Shown piece by piece: positions 8,752-19,056 of a stretch of DNA of 48,180 bases (position 1 is its first letter; each line of letters starts with the position of its first letter). The stretch covers positions 1 through 48,180 of the forward strand of contig JAFMFP010000003.1 of the NCBI GenBank assembly GCA_017856055.1. The letters run 5' to 3'. The notes beneath the pieces are model-generated. The model did no database searches. It saw only the letters and a program-made list of their open reading frames with translations, and had not been told where the DNA came from. The stretch is from Fidelibacterota bacterium (GTDB lineage: Bacteria > Fidelibacterota > Marinisomatia > Marinisomatales > Marinisomataceae). The position numbers were made by a program, and so were the translations under genes.

Positions 8752-10356
8752 ATGTTTACTTATAGAAAATATTTAACAATCCTTTCACTTTTTCTGACTG
8801 CTTGCTCAGTTTCTAAAGAAAAAGTTTCGATAATCCATGAACCTTTAGAAAAGGAAATTATTTCACAATCTCAAATAGAGTCCTCTGAAAATGGTATTAA
8901 CAATTTCATTGATGGAATGATGTTTATGGAGCAAGGTGAATATGCTCGAGCAATAATTGAATTTCAAGAGGCGATCGATAAGGGCTCCAATTCATCAGAA
9001 TTATTCTACTATTTATCAGATGGATACTGGATGATTCAGAAATACGAAAAAAGTATTTCTTTTTCAAAAAAAGCTATAGCAAATAGCCCAAATGCACTTG
9101 ATTATCGAGTTTCATTAGGTAAAAAACTCATAGCATTGAATGAACTTGATGAAGCCTTAGAGGTGTTTTTGGAAGCAAGTGAGCTAGAATCTACCGGAGA
9201 AATTCTTTTTATAATTGGCGATATCAAACTGGAGATAGGCGATATTGATGGTGCCCTTATTTACTATCGACAGGCATATAAAAAAGATAAAAATCTTACT
9301 TTGGCTTTGGAAGTTGCTGCTAAATTAGCTCTTGAAAAAAACCATAGAGAAAAGTTTGAAATTGCGAAAGAACTTTTTATTACTGATGTTGCTAGTCCCG
9401 AATATCTAAGAATTTTAATTGAATCGATTCAAGGAAATGATAATAATGGTTATTTGTTATCTTTGATTAATGATTTTCCAGCTGTAGAAACTAATCCACT
9501 AATCAATAATTTATACAATCAAATAGGATTTCAATTTTTAAGAGAAGGAAAATTGGATCAAGCTGAAAAGTATTTTTTAAAATCAATTAACATAAATTCC
9601 AATGATCGATTTCCACTTTACTACTTAGCAGTTACTTATCAAGAACAAGGAAAATTCAATGAATCCATTGAGCTATCCCGAAAATATATTCAAAGTTTTC
9701 CGAATGATAGAGATGGATATATTAACAAAATAATTTCTTATTTAAGTCTTCAAAATTATGAAGAAGCTTTAAATGAATTAAATATAGTTAAGGAGATTTT
9801 TCAAAGTGATTTTGAAATAAATTATTTACTTGGGTTAGTAAACTATAATTTGAAGCAATTTATTGATTCAGAATTATACTATAGTAAAGCTCTTGAAATT
9901 GACAAAAAGTCTATTCCTGCATTGCATGGCCTTGCAATGGTTTTAGATCAAAATAAAAAATGGGTTGAATCAGATAAAATATATGAATCTTTATTAAAAA
10001 TTAATCCTAATGATGTACAAGCTCTTAATAATTATGCTTACAGTTTGGTTGAAAGAAATGAACAATTATCTATAGCACTCGAAATGTCTATTAAGTCCAA
10101 TCTTATTGAAAAAGATAATCCATCCTACCTAGACACTTTGGGTTGGATTTATTTTAAGACTGGAGAATTAAAATTAGCTGAAGAATATATAGCTCAGTCA
10201 TTACTTTTTGATGAGAATAGTGCGGTAGTACTTGAGCATTATGCCGATGTTTTAGTTAATTTAAACGAAATAGAAAGAGCAATTATTTTTTATAAAAAAT
10301 CTTTATTAATTGAAGAAAATGAATCTATTAAAGAAAAAATAGAAAATTTAGAATGA
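8752..10356 (+). CDS. TPR-repeat lipoprotein
   Basis: Lipobox FLTAC; multiple TPRs; C-terminal ALNNYAYSL...YLDTLGWIYFK...LEHYADV signature. Confidence 0.88.
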   Translation: MFTYRKYLTILSLFLTACSVSKEKVSIIHEPLEKEIISQSQIESSENGINNFIDGMMFMEQGEYARAIIEFQEAIDKGSNSSELFYYLSDGYWMIQKYEKSISFSKKAIANSPNALDYRVSLGKKLIALNELDEALEVFLEASELESTGEILFIIGDIKLEIGDIDGALIYYRQAYKKDKNLTLALEVAAKLALEKNHREKFEIAKELFITDVASPEYLRILIESIQGNDNNGYLLSLINDFPAVETNPLINNLYNQIGFQFLREGKLDQAEKYFLKSININSNDRFPLYYLAVTYQEQGKFNESIELSRKYIQSFPNDRDGYINKIISYLSLQNYEEALNELNIVKEIFQSDFEINYLLGLVNYNLKQFIDSELYYSKALEIDKKSIPALHGLAMVLDQNKKWVESDKIYESLLKINPNDVQALNNYAYSLVERNEQLSIALEMSIKSNLIEKDNPSYLDTLGWIYFKTGELKLAEEYIAQSLLFDENSAVVLEHYADVLVNLNEIERAIIFYKKSLLIEENESIKEKIENLE

Positions 10357-10901
10357 AAAATTTAACTATTATTTTTTTCATAATTGTGGGCTGTTCTTCA
10401 ACAATACCTGAGGAAACATTGATTTTCAAAATTGAAAATGAAAATGCAACTATAGAAGCACTTCAAATAAATTATGAACTTGTAAAAGGCTCAGGAAAGC
10501 TTGTTGCCAAAGGCAATTATAATTTTATTTCTTCATTTATTTTTGAATCTTCGCGTTTAAATAATTTAGTTGTTTTTAAAGATTTCATAGGTCGAAAAAG
10601 TTTTGCCATTGACTCTAATGATCAAGCTGTTAAGTTAGTGGATTTGAGAAAAAATATTGAAATCACTTCCGATCAGTTTACTAGTGAATATCCTCAATTC
10701 TCAGGCATTTTTTTTGAACATGCATTTATTAAAAAATTACTTTGGGGGGAACAAATAAAAGAAAAAGATTACCCCAACTTAGTAATTAAGCAAGAATTTG
10801 AGAATGAATATGGAATGCAGTTTCTAAATGAAATAAGTGTTAAAAATGATTCGATTAATCAAGATTTTAATCTTTCTATTTTTTCAAGGAATTTTGAGTA
10901 A
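10353..10901 (+). CDS. hypothetical lipoprotein (DUF4292/LolB-like)
   Basis: Lipobox IVGC; beta-rich; follows the TPR lipoprotein as DUF4292/LolB genes typically do. Confidence 0.5.
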   Translation: MKNLTIIFFIIVGCSSTIPEETLIFKIENENATIEALQINYELVKGSGKLVAKGNYNFISSFIFESSRLNNLVVFKDFIGRKSFAIDSNDQAVKLVDLRKNIEITSDQFTSEYPQFSGIFFEHAFIKKLLWGEQIKEKDYPNLVIKQEFENEYGMQFLNEISVKNDSINQDFNLSIFSRNFE

Positions 10902-11827
10902 TGATTAAAATTTCTATTCTTATTCCTATATACAATGAACAAGAGTCAATTCCTATTTTATCTCAACAATTGCTTGATTCTTTTCAGAATGATTTTTCAT
11001 ATGAGGTAATTTTTATTAATGATGGCTCTACGGATCTTTCTTTGAATATTTTAAAAAGTATTGTTGAAAAAAATCCCGCTTGGAAGATTGTAGATTTATA
11101 TCGCAATTATGGAAAAGCTATTGCGCTTCAAGCTGGTTTTGAACATTCAAGAGGTTCATTAATTGCAACACTTGATAGTGATTTGCAAGATGATCCAGCA
11201 GAGATATCAAAACTTGTTAAAGAAATTGAAAATGGATACGATGTTGTTTGCGGATGGAAGAAAAATAGAAAAGATCCCTTAGAAAAGAAAATTGCTTCGA
11301 AAATTTTTAACTTTTTTCTTCGCTTGTTTGGGGGATTAAGAATTCATGACTCAAATACAGGTATTAAAGTTATTAAGCGAGAAGTATTTTCAGTATTGAA
11401 ACTATATGGAGGAAGACATCGCTATATTCCCTTATTAGCTAAACAAAAAGATTTCTCTATCTCAGAAGTGATCGTTAATCATCATCCAAGACAATTTGGA
11501 AAATCAAAATATGGAATTGGTCGTTATTTTGAAGGTTTTTTTGATTTCCTTACTATTCTTTTTCTAGGAAAATATATAGATAGACCACTTCATTTTTTTG
11601 GCTCAATAGGTTTCTTATCATTTTCTGCTGGAGTCTTAATAGAATTTTTTGTTTTATATCTAAAATTTTATCAAAATCATTCTTTTCAACAACATGTTGC
11701 CTTACTTATTCTTGGTTCTATTCTGATTATTGCAGGATTACAGTTATTCATTTTTGGATTGTTGGGTGAATTATTTGTTGAGAAAAGTCAAAAATCAAAT
11801 AAATATATTAAAGACATTATTAACTGA
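10901..11827 (+). CDS. GT2 polyprenyl-phosphate glycosyltransferase (DPM1/ArnC/GtrB-like)
   Basis: IPIYNE, INDGSTD, RNYGK, DSDLQDDP and HHPRQFGKSKY motifs; two C-terminal TM helices. Confidence 0.9.
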   Translation: MIKISILIPIYNEQESIPILSQQLLDSFQNDFSYEVIFINDGSTDLSLNILKSIVEKNPAWKIVDLYRNYGKAIALQAGFEHSRGSLIATLDSDLQDDPAEISKLVKEIENGYDVVCGWKKNRKDPLEKKIASKIFNFFLRLFGGLRIHDSNTGIKVIKREVFSVLKLYGGRHRYIPLLAKQKDFSISEVIVNHHPRQFGKSKYGIGRYFEGFFDFLTILFLGKYIDRPLHFFGSIGFLSFSAGVLIEFFVLYLKFYQNHSFQQHVALLILGSILIIAGLQLFIFGLLGELFVEKSQKSNKYIKDIIN

Positions 11828-11829
11828 TT

Positions 11830-12897
11830 GTGAAAATTTTATCTATTGGACCAATTTCTCCGTTTAGGGGAGGAATTGCTAAATTTCATCAAAGTCTTAA
11901 TATCGAACTATCCAAATCATTTAAAGTTGAAGTATTAAATTTTAAAAAACTCTATCCAAGTATATTATTTCCTGGAAAATCTCAATTTTATGATGCAAGT
12001 AAAGATTTTAATTCCCATAGAATTTTAAAATTTTATAATATTTTTACGTGGTTTAAAGGTTTGCAATTTATCAAAACATCTCGTCCTGATTATATCATCT
12101 TCCATTACTGGCATTGGGCATTTTTGCCAATGTTTGTTTATTTATCAAAAAAAACTTCAAAAATCAAAAAAAGGATTATTTTGCATAATGTTTTATCTCA
12201 TGAAAGTATATTTTTTGAAAAATTATTTGTAAAAATTTTATTAAAAAACAACGATGAGTTTATTGTGATGAATAATTATGCTTATGAAATTATTAAACAA
12301 ATAAATCCATCAGCTAATGTAAATAAAATCTATCATCCTATTTATCATGTAGAAAATTCAAAAAGAGTTATTTCAACCGAAAACACTAAAGCGGTTTTAT
12401 TTTTTGGTCTTGTTAGAAAATACAAGGGGCTTGATATTTTAATTGAGGCAATGGATAAGATTGATAATAAAATTCAGTTGTTAGTTGTTGGAGAATTTTA
12501 TGATTCCAAGCAAAAATATTTGAATTTGATTAAAAAATTAAATCTTCAAGAGAGAGTAAAAATTTTTGATTCGTATATTGCTGAAGAAAAAATACAAGAT
12601 TATTTTAATCAAGCAGATTTAGTAGTACTTCCTTATAAAAAATCCAGTCAAAGCGGCGTATTATCACTAGCTTATCATTTTGATAAACCAGTACTAGTAA
12701 CTGATTCGGGAGGACTTGTGGATTATGTTTTAAAAAACAAAACTGGATTGATATCAAAATCAAATCCTTCTTCAATTGCAGAAAAAATCAATTTATTCTT
12801 TAGTAACAAAGAAAATTTATTCTCCAAAGAAGATATTAGAACTTTAAAACATCAAATGACTTGGGAAAATTTTGTTGATAATCTTAATTTAAAATAA
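11830..12897 (+). CDS. glycosyltransferase family 4
   Basis: PFRGGIA, LFFGLVRKYKGLD, LPYKKSSQSGV and PVLVTDSGG motifs. Confidence 0.9.
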   Translation: MKILSIGPISPFRGGIAKFHQSLNIELSKSFKVEVLNFKKLYPSILFPGKSQFYDASKDFNSHRILKFYNIFTWFKGLQFIKTSRPDYIIFHYWHWAFLPMFVYLSKKTSKIKKRIILHNVLSHESIFFEKLFVKILLKNNDEFIVMNNYAYEIIKQINPSANVNKIYHPIYHVENSKRVISTENTKAVLFFGLVRKYKGLDILIEAMDKIDNKIQLLVVGEFYDSKQKYLNLIKKLNLQERVKIFDSYIAEEKIQDYFNQADLVVLPYKKSSQSGVLSLAYHFDKPVLVTDSGGLVDYVLKNKTGLISKSNPSSIAEKINLFFSNKENLFSKEDIRTLKHQMTWENFVDNLNLK

Positions 12898-13748
12898 TGA
12901 AATCTGATTTTCCTAGAGCACATATTTTGTTACTTACATGGAATGAAAAAAAACTAACTGAAAATTGCATCAATTCAATTCTTGAAATTGACTACCCAAA
13001 TTTTGAGCTAACAGTTATTGATAATAATTCATCAGATGATTCTTTGAAGTATCTTTATGAACATTTTCCTCATATAAATTTTTTAAAACTTGAAGAGAAT
13101 TTTAAATTTGCAGAGGGATATAATAAAGCTATCGAAAGAATTGATATAAAAGAAAATGAATATTTAGTCCTTATAAATAATGATACTATTGTAAGTCGCA
13201 ATTTTTTAAATCCTCTAATCGATACTCTTCAAGAAAATCCCAAAAATATTGTCTCAGTTCCAAAAATTCTTTACGCAGATCAAACAAATTTAATCTGGTT
13301 TGCGGGAGCCAGGATTAATTTATGGCTTGGTCTTATTTATCATATTGGTATTAGAAAAGAAGATGGTCCTAAATTTGCTTTTCAGTCTATTACAGATTAT
13401 GCAACTGGCTGTTGCTTTTGTATATTAAAATCTGATTTTGACAAAATTGGAGGATTCGATTCAAGTTTTTCCTTTTACTGTGAAGATGTTGATTTTTCTT
13501 TAAAAGCTAGATCTTTAAAACGAGAAATAGTTTACAATCCGAAATCTGTCATTTTACATCATGTATCAAAATCTCTTGGTTCTAATTCTTTTACAAAGCT
13601 CTCGTTAAAATTTAAGAATCAAATTAAACTTTTTTGGAATCATGCTAATTTTTTTCAAGTATTTACCATTTCAATTTTTTGGATAATTTTTTTTCTACCC
13701 TACAATTTTTTAAAATATTTTTTGATTAGATTTAAAGATGTCAAATAA
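12897..13748 (+). CDS. glycosyltransferase family 2
   Basis: IDNNSSD, LINNDT, ATGCC, GGFD and EDVDFS motifs. Confidence 0.9.
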   Translation: MKSDFPRAHILLLTWNEKKLTENCINSILEIDYPNFELTVIDNNSSDDSLKYLYEHFPHINFLKLEENFKFAEGYNKAIERIDIKENEYLVLINNDTIVSRNFLNPLIDTLQENPKNIVSVPKILYADQTNLIWFAGARINLWLGLIYHIGIRKEDGPKFAFQSITDYATGCCFCILKSDFDKIGGFDSSFSFYCEDVDFSLKARSLKREIVYNPKSVILHHVSKSLGSNSFTKLSLKFKNQIKLFWNHANFFQVFTISIFWIIFFLPYNFLKYFLIRFKDVK

Positions 13749-15246
13749 TCATCCTGAAAAAAGAATTTTAAGAGAAGCTGGCATTTCTTTTTCAGGAATG
13801 TCAATTGGATCTGTTTTTCGCTATTCGTTTTCTATTATTTTAGGCAGATTTTTTGGCGCACAATTATTGGGTTTTTATTCAATTGCTAATGCAATTATGA
13901 GAATTTCAGAGGTTTTTGCTCTATTGGGTTTAGATACAGGAGTACTTCGATTTGTAAGTAGAAATCCAAAGAATAAAAGTGATATCAAAAAAATTCTTGA
14001 GTCTAGTCTTAAAACTGCATTTTTATCGAGTGCTTTAATTGCTTTAGGTATTTTTGTATTATCTGATTGGTTAGTGCAGGATATTTTAAAAGAAGATATT
14101 TCTGTATCTATTCTACTCAAGTGGTTTTCTATAACTTTACCTTTTACCGTAACAACTTTAATTCTTTCATCATTTACTCAAGCGTTTCAGTCCCTTAAGT
14201 ACAAAATTTTTGTCAACCAATTATTAGCTCCTTTTACTTTATTAATATTTACTATCCTAATTTTTTTTATTTCCAATCCTCTAGCAGCAATTATTTTCCC
14301 TACAATTATTTCTTCTTTTATTTCAATAATAGCAATATTCTTTTTTGCAAGAAGGTTTTCAAAAATAAGTATCAAAAAGATATTTAAAACTTCATTCAAT
14401 AAAGAAATTTTACAATTTTCAATTCCTTTAATGTTTGTTTCAGCTGTAGGTATAATCATGCACTGGACAGATATTTTGATGCTTTCAACTTTTGAGGATG
14501 CTTATTCAGTAGGTTTATATCATCCCATTGAAAGAACTGCTGGTTTAATCAGAATGATTTTCTTTGCATTTGCTGGAATTTTCTCTCCGATGTTTTCAAA
14601 ATATTATTATGAAAAAAATAATTTGAAAATGAAGGAAATATTTGATTTGTCATCTAATTGGATACTAACGTTTTCAATGCCACTTTTCATATTTTTTGTA
14701 TTATTCCCTTCAGATGTTCTCTCAATTTTTGGAGATGAATTTGTTAATGATTTTTCTTTAATATTTTTATCAATAGGTATTTTAATACAATCTTATTTTG
14801 GATTAGGTGCGTCTATTCTTTCAATGGCAGGTTTTTCTAATTTAAATTTTTTAAATGTTTCAATCGGTCTTTTTCTTAACATATTTTTTAACTGGATATT
14901 AATACCGAAATACGGCCTTGATGGAGCTGTTATCGCTACTTCAATTTCGCTCATAATACTAAGTATTATTAGGTTGGTGCAGATTTACAGTAAGTTTAGA
15001 ATATTGAATATTTCCGTAAACTCCTTAAAACCAATGTTCATTGGAGCTGTAACATTTTTAATTATTGACTTTATTCCTCTTTTCAATCAATCCTTGAAAG
15101 ATTCAAACTTTGTAAAGCATGTTGGAAAAATTAGTTTAGCATTCATTTTTACTTCATTAGTTTATTTTATGATATATAGATTGATAGGTATATCTAAGGG
15201 AGAGAGGATGATTTTTAAGAGATTGAAAGATAGAGTTAATGAATAA
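13738..15246 (+). CDS. Wzx/MOP-family oligosaccharide flippase
   Basis: About 14 TM; LGLDTGVLRFV, WTDILML, VGLY and NWILIPKYGLDGA motifs. Confidence 0.88.
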   Translation: MSNNHPEKRILREAGISFSGMSIGSVFRYSFSIILGRFFGAQLLGFYSIANAIMRISEVFALLGLDTGVLRFVSRNPKNKSDIKKILESSLKTAFLSSALIALGIFVLSDWLVQDILKEDISVSILLKWFSITLPFTVTTLILSSFTQAFQSLKYKIFVNQLLAPFTLLIFTILIFFISNPLAAIIFPTIISSFISIIAIFFFARRFSKISIKKIFKTSFNKEILQFSIPLMFVSAVGIIMHWTDILMLSTFEDAYSVGLYHPIERTAGLIRMIFFAFAGIFSPMFSKYYYEKNNLKMKEIFDLSSNWILTFSMPLFIFFVLFPSDVLSIFGDEFVNDFSLIFLSIGILIQSYFGLGASILSMAGFSNLNFLNVSIGLFLNIFFNWILIPKYGLDGAVIATSISLIILSIIRLVQIYSKFRILNISVNSLKPMFIGAVTFLIIDFIPLFNQSLKDSNFVKHVGKISLAFIFTSLVYFMIYRLIGISKGERMIFKRLKDRVNE

Positions 15247-17314
15247 AATTCTTTTACAATTTTCAATATATATTGGGGTTGTAATTATTTTATTTTACCC
15301 AATTTTTTTTTACAACTTCACTTTTGGCTCAGGGGATACTTTAAACCCTTTTGCTATAAGTCATATCTTATCAAAATATAAAGACATAATTGGAGTGTGG
15401 CCTCAATGGCAACCATGGGTTTTTTCAGGTATGCCTACCTTAGAAGCCTATACCAATATTAACCTTCTCTATTTTCCCAGTTTTTTACTTAATACAATAG
15501 GTATCAATGATCTATACATTCAGTTCATTCATTTAGTTTTTTCTGGATTTGGCATGTCTTTATTTCTTAAACAACTAGGAGTTGAATCCAGAATTTCTTT
15601 GATGATAAGCATTCTGTGGATTATGAATCCTTTTTTAATTACAATGATTGTTTTTGGGCACGGAAGTCAATTTATGACCGCTTCATTTTTCCCATGGTTG
15701 TTATTTTTATTAAACAGATATTATTATAATAATTCAATACTCAACTTTTCATTATTAACACTGATCTTGGGTTTCTTTTTCCAAAGAGCTCATGTCCAAA
15801 TAGTTTATTATGGTTGTATGCTTTTTTTCGCTCACTCTTTTTATCTCTTAATTAAACACAAAAAAAAACTAAATGTATTGGGTGTATTTTTGTCATTTTC
15901 AATAGCTATTTTAATAGCTTCCCATATTTATTTTCCTAGCCTTTCTTTCGCAAAACATTCAATACGTTCTATATCAGATAATCTTTATTCATATGCAACC
16001 AATTGGTCAATGCACCCTAAAGAATTAATTACATATATTAATCCTAATTATTATGGTTTCGGAGGAGAGAGCTATTCTGGATATATGCCATTTACAGACT
16101 TTCCTCATTATGTTGGAATACTTGTTTTAATTTTAGCATTGTTTTCTTTTTTAAAATTTGATTCTTTTAGGAAATATTTAGCTCTAGTTTTATCATTGAG
16201 TATTCTGATATCCTTTGGTAAGTATTTCCCTTACATTTACAACATATTCTTTGATTACGCACCCTTTTTCAGCAGTTTTCGGGTTCCAAGTATGATTTTA
16301 ATACTAACAAATTTTATTCTCTATATTTTAGCTGCGATTGGATTAAATGATTTAATAAATAAATTTAAAAATAAGATTATAAATCAATTTACAATATCAA
16401 ATTTGATTTTAGGTTTATTTTTTCTTTTATCATTTGCCGATGTGTACAGAGTGGACAAAAGAATAATTAACCCTTCAAAAAATGACACGCAACAAAGTCA
16501 GCTTATTGAAAAAAATACCTTCAATCAATATTTTACAGAGGATGAAACAATTAGTTTTTTACTATCAGATAACACCTCTCACAGAATATATCCGGTTGGT
16601 CAAATATTTCAGGATCCAAAATTCAAATATTTTGGAATAGAATCAGTTGGCGGATTTCATCCAGCAAAATTTTATCATTATTCTGCTCTAATGAAAAATT
16701 CAAATAATTTATTATCAATTCCTGTTTTGAAGTTTTTAAATGTAAAGTATTTAATATCGACAATCGAAATAGATAACCAAAATTTTAATTTAATTAAAAA
16801 AGCTAATTTTCATTCTGTTACATTCAGTGGAGATGTTTACATTTACGAATTTTTAAACGCTCTGCCAAGGGCCTGGTTTGCAAAAAGAACAATAAAATCG
16901 GATGAAAATCTGTACTTTTATCTTACTGCAAATGCGTTTAATCCTTTAAACACAGCAGTGGTAGAAGACCTTGAAGATAAATTATTCTCTATTGGAGAAG
17001 TAGTCGATTTTGAATGGGGTCTTCATGAAATAAAAATTAGGGTTAATAATCAATCAGATTCTGATGCTTTTTTAGTGCTCAGCGAAGTCTTTTATCCTTC
17101 AAGATGGAGATCATTTATTAATGGAAATCAAGTAAAAACATTTAAAACTAACGGGATACTGAGAGGGTTAATTGTTCCTGCAGGTGAGCACGAAGTTATA
17201 TACAAGTATGATAATTCTATTTTCAGAATTCTTTACTTTATATCCACAGTTCTTCTAATTATTTTCCTAAGTATTATCTTTTATCAGCTTGTTAAAAAAA
17301 AATACCTACTTTAA
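15239..17314 (+). CDS. YfhO-family membrane protein (GT-C fold glycosyltransferase)
   Basis: PQWQPWVFSGMP, NWSMHPKE, YVG, FSSFRVP, GGFHPAK and LVLSEVFYP...VPAGEHEV motifs; many TM helices. Confidence 0.85.
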   Translation: MNKILLQFSIYIGVVIILFYPIFFYNFTFGSGDTLNPFAISHILSKYKDIIGVWPQWQPWVFSGMPTLEAYTNINLLYFPSFLLNTIGINDLYIQFIHLVFSGFGMSLFLKQLGVESRISLMISILWIMNPFLITMIVFGHGSQFMTASFFPWLLFLLNRYYYNNSILNFSLLTLILGFFFQRAHVQIVYYGCMLFFAHSFYLLIKHKKKLNVLGVFLSFSIAILIASHIYFPSLSFAKHSIRSISDNLYSYATNWSMHPKELITYINPNYYGFGGESYSGYMPFTDFPHYVGILVLILALFSFLKFDSFRKYLALVLSLSILISFGKYFPYIYNIFFDYAPFFSSFRVPSMILILTNFILYILAAIGLNDLINKFKNKIINQFTISNLILGLFFLLSFADVYRVDKRIINPSKNDTQQSQLIEKNTFNQYFTEDETISFLLSDNTSHRIYPVGQIFQDPKFKYFGIESVGGFHPAKFYHYSALMKNSNNLLSIPVLKFLNVKYLISTIEIDNQNFNLIKKANFHSVTFSGDVYIYEFLNALPRAWFAKRTIKSDENLYFYLTANAFNPLNTAVVEDLEDKLFSIGEVVDFEWGLHEIKIRVNNQSDSDAFLVLSEVFYPSRWRSFINGNQVKTFKTNGILRGLIVPAGEHEVIYKYDNSIFRILYFISTVLLIIFLSIIFYQLVKKKYLL

Positions 17315-17317
17315 CTT
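17289..17317 (+). promoter_or_regulatory. putative sigma70 promoter (TTGTTA-N17-TAACTT) for the yajC operon
   Basis: Consensus-like boxes with a 17-nt spacer, 9 nt before ATG 17327; no SD. Confidence 0.45.
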
Positions 17318-17326
17318 ATATTCTAT

Positions 17327-17611
17327 ATGAATGAAACTAACAACCCAGGTTTTCTTGAAATTTTTTTATCTCAACTTCCTATTTTCCTTATTTTTTTAGT
17401 CGTCTATTATTTTTTTATAAGACCAAATTCTAAAAAGCAAGAAGAAGTAAAAAACTTACAATCCAATCTTCAAAAAGGAGATAAGGTAATTACAATTGGA
17501 GGAATTCACGGAAAAATCATTGAAGTAAAAGATAAAACTGCAGTTTTAAAAATTTCTAATGAGTCTGAGTTAACGATTGAAAAAACTGCTATTAATCAAA
17601 AAATAAGTTAA
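17327..17611 (+). CDS. yajC: preprotein translocase subunit YajC
   Basis: YFFIRP and LQKGDKVITIGGIHG motifs. Confidence 0.95.
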   Translation: MNETNNPGFLEIFLSQLPIFLIFLVVYYFFIRPNSKKQEEVKNLQSNLQKGDKVITIGGIHGKIIEVKDKTAVLKISNESELTIEKTAINQKIS

Positions 17612-17615
17612 TCTA

Positions 17616-18134
17616 ATGGCAGTCAAACCAGTTGTAACCTATGGACATAAGTCTTTAAGAACAGTAGCACAAGAAATTGTTGATTTTAAAGATATCAATA
17701 TCCTCATCAATGATTTATTTGACACAATGTATGAAAATGACGGAATAGGATTAGCTGCAAATCAAATTGGAGTAAATTTTAAAATATTTGTTGTAGATAT
17801 TTCTCATACAGATGAGGCTGATAGTCCATTAGTATTTATCAATGGAAAAATCAAGCAATGTATTGGCGAGGAAACTGATACGGAAGGCTGTTTATCTTTA
17901 CCAGATATTAGAATTAGAGTTAAAAGATGTTCTGAAATCCTATTTTCATACTTTGATGAAAATTTAGTTCATCATGAAAAAACTTTTTCCGGACTATTAT
18001 CGACTGTTATTCAACATGAAAATGACCATCTTGAAGCAAAGTTGATTACAGATTATGCTTCTCCATCTGAATTGATTAAATATGAAAAGAAACTAAATGA
18101 ATTGCTAGAAAGTAATGCCAAAAGACGTTCCTAA
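17616..18134 (+). CDS. def: peptide deformylase
   Basis: GIGLAANQIG, EGCLS and QHENDH motifs. Confidence 0.96.
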   Translation: MAVKPVVTYGHKSLRTVAQEIVDFKDINILINDLFDTMYENDGIGLAANQIGVNFKIFVVDISHTDEADSPLVFINGKIKQCIGEETDTEGCLSLPDIRIRVKRCSEILFSYFDENLVHHEKTFSGLLSTVIQHENDHLEAKLITDYASPSELIKYEKKLNELLESNAKRRS

Positions 18135-19056
18135 AATTATTTTTTTTGGCAACACACATTTTTCATGTTTTGTGTTAAAAAAATTAAGTCAATTTTTTAA
18201 CATTCTTGCAGTAGTAACAAATGAGCCAAAACCAATGGGTCGAGGTCGTATCAATTCAATAACTCCTGTACATGATTTCTCAAAAAAGAATAATATTACG
18301 TTGTTCAATATCGATGATTTAAATGATAAGTTATTTTTGAATGAATTAGAAAATTTAAACGCCGATCTTTATATTGTCGTTGCGTATAGAATTCTACCAG
18401 ATTCAATTTTAAAACTTCCCATAATTGGTTCGATTAATTTACACACATCGCTTTTACCAAAATATAGAGGTGCCGCACCTATCCAAAGGGCTTTATTAAA
18501 CGGAGATAAAGAAACAGGAGTATCTACATTTTTAATTGACAAAAAAGTAGATACTGGAAAAATTATTTTACAAAAAACAATTCAAATTGATGATTCAGAT
18601 AACTTTGAAGATCTTGAATTAAAAATGATGAATGAAGGTAGTACTATACTTCAAAATTCAATCGATCTAATTTATAATAATAAAGCACAATTGATTACCC
18701 AGGATGATACTCTGGCAACAAAAGCTCCAAAAATTAAGAAAGAAGAAATTCAAATAAATTGGAATGAATCTGTTAACGTAATCCAAAATAAAATTCGAGC
18801 TTTCAGTCCATCTCCAGGCGCATATACATTTTTAAAGAGGAAAAGAATCAAGATATTTTCATCTAGCTTTAGACTATTAAATCATAATTACCCAATTTCT
18901 TCTGTGATTTCAGTAGAAGATAAGTTAATTCACGTAGCTTGCAAAGATGGAATACTAATGATTAATAGCCTACAATTAGAGGGAAAGAAGATAATGTCCT
19001 CAGAAGAATTTTTAAGAGGGTACAATATCTTAGGTGAAAGTTTTTCCGATGAGTAA
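18115..19056 (+). CDS. fmt: methionyl-tRNA formyltransferase
   Basis: INLHTSLLPKYRGAAPIQ and DTG motifs; adjacent to def. Confidence 0.96.
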   Translation: MPKDVPKIIFFGNTHFSCFVLKKLSQFFNILAVVTNEPKPMGRGRINSITPVHDFSKKNNITLFNIDDLNDKLFLNELENLNADLYIVVAYRILPDSILKLPIIGSINLHTSLLPKYRGAAPIQRALLNGDKETGVSTFLIDKKVDTGKIILQKTIQIDDSDNFEDLELKMMNEGSTILQNSIDLIYNNKAQLITQDDTLATKAPKIKKEEIQINWNESVNVIQNKIRAFSPSPGAYTFLKRKRIKIFSSSFRLLNHNYPISSVISVEDKLIHVACKDGILMINSLQLEGKKIMSSEEFLRGYNILGESFSDE

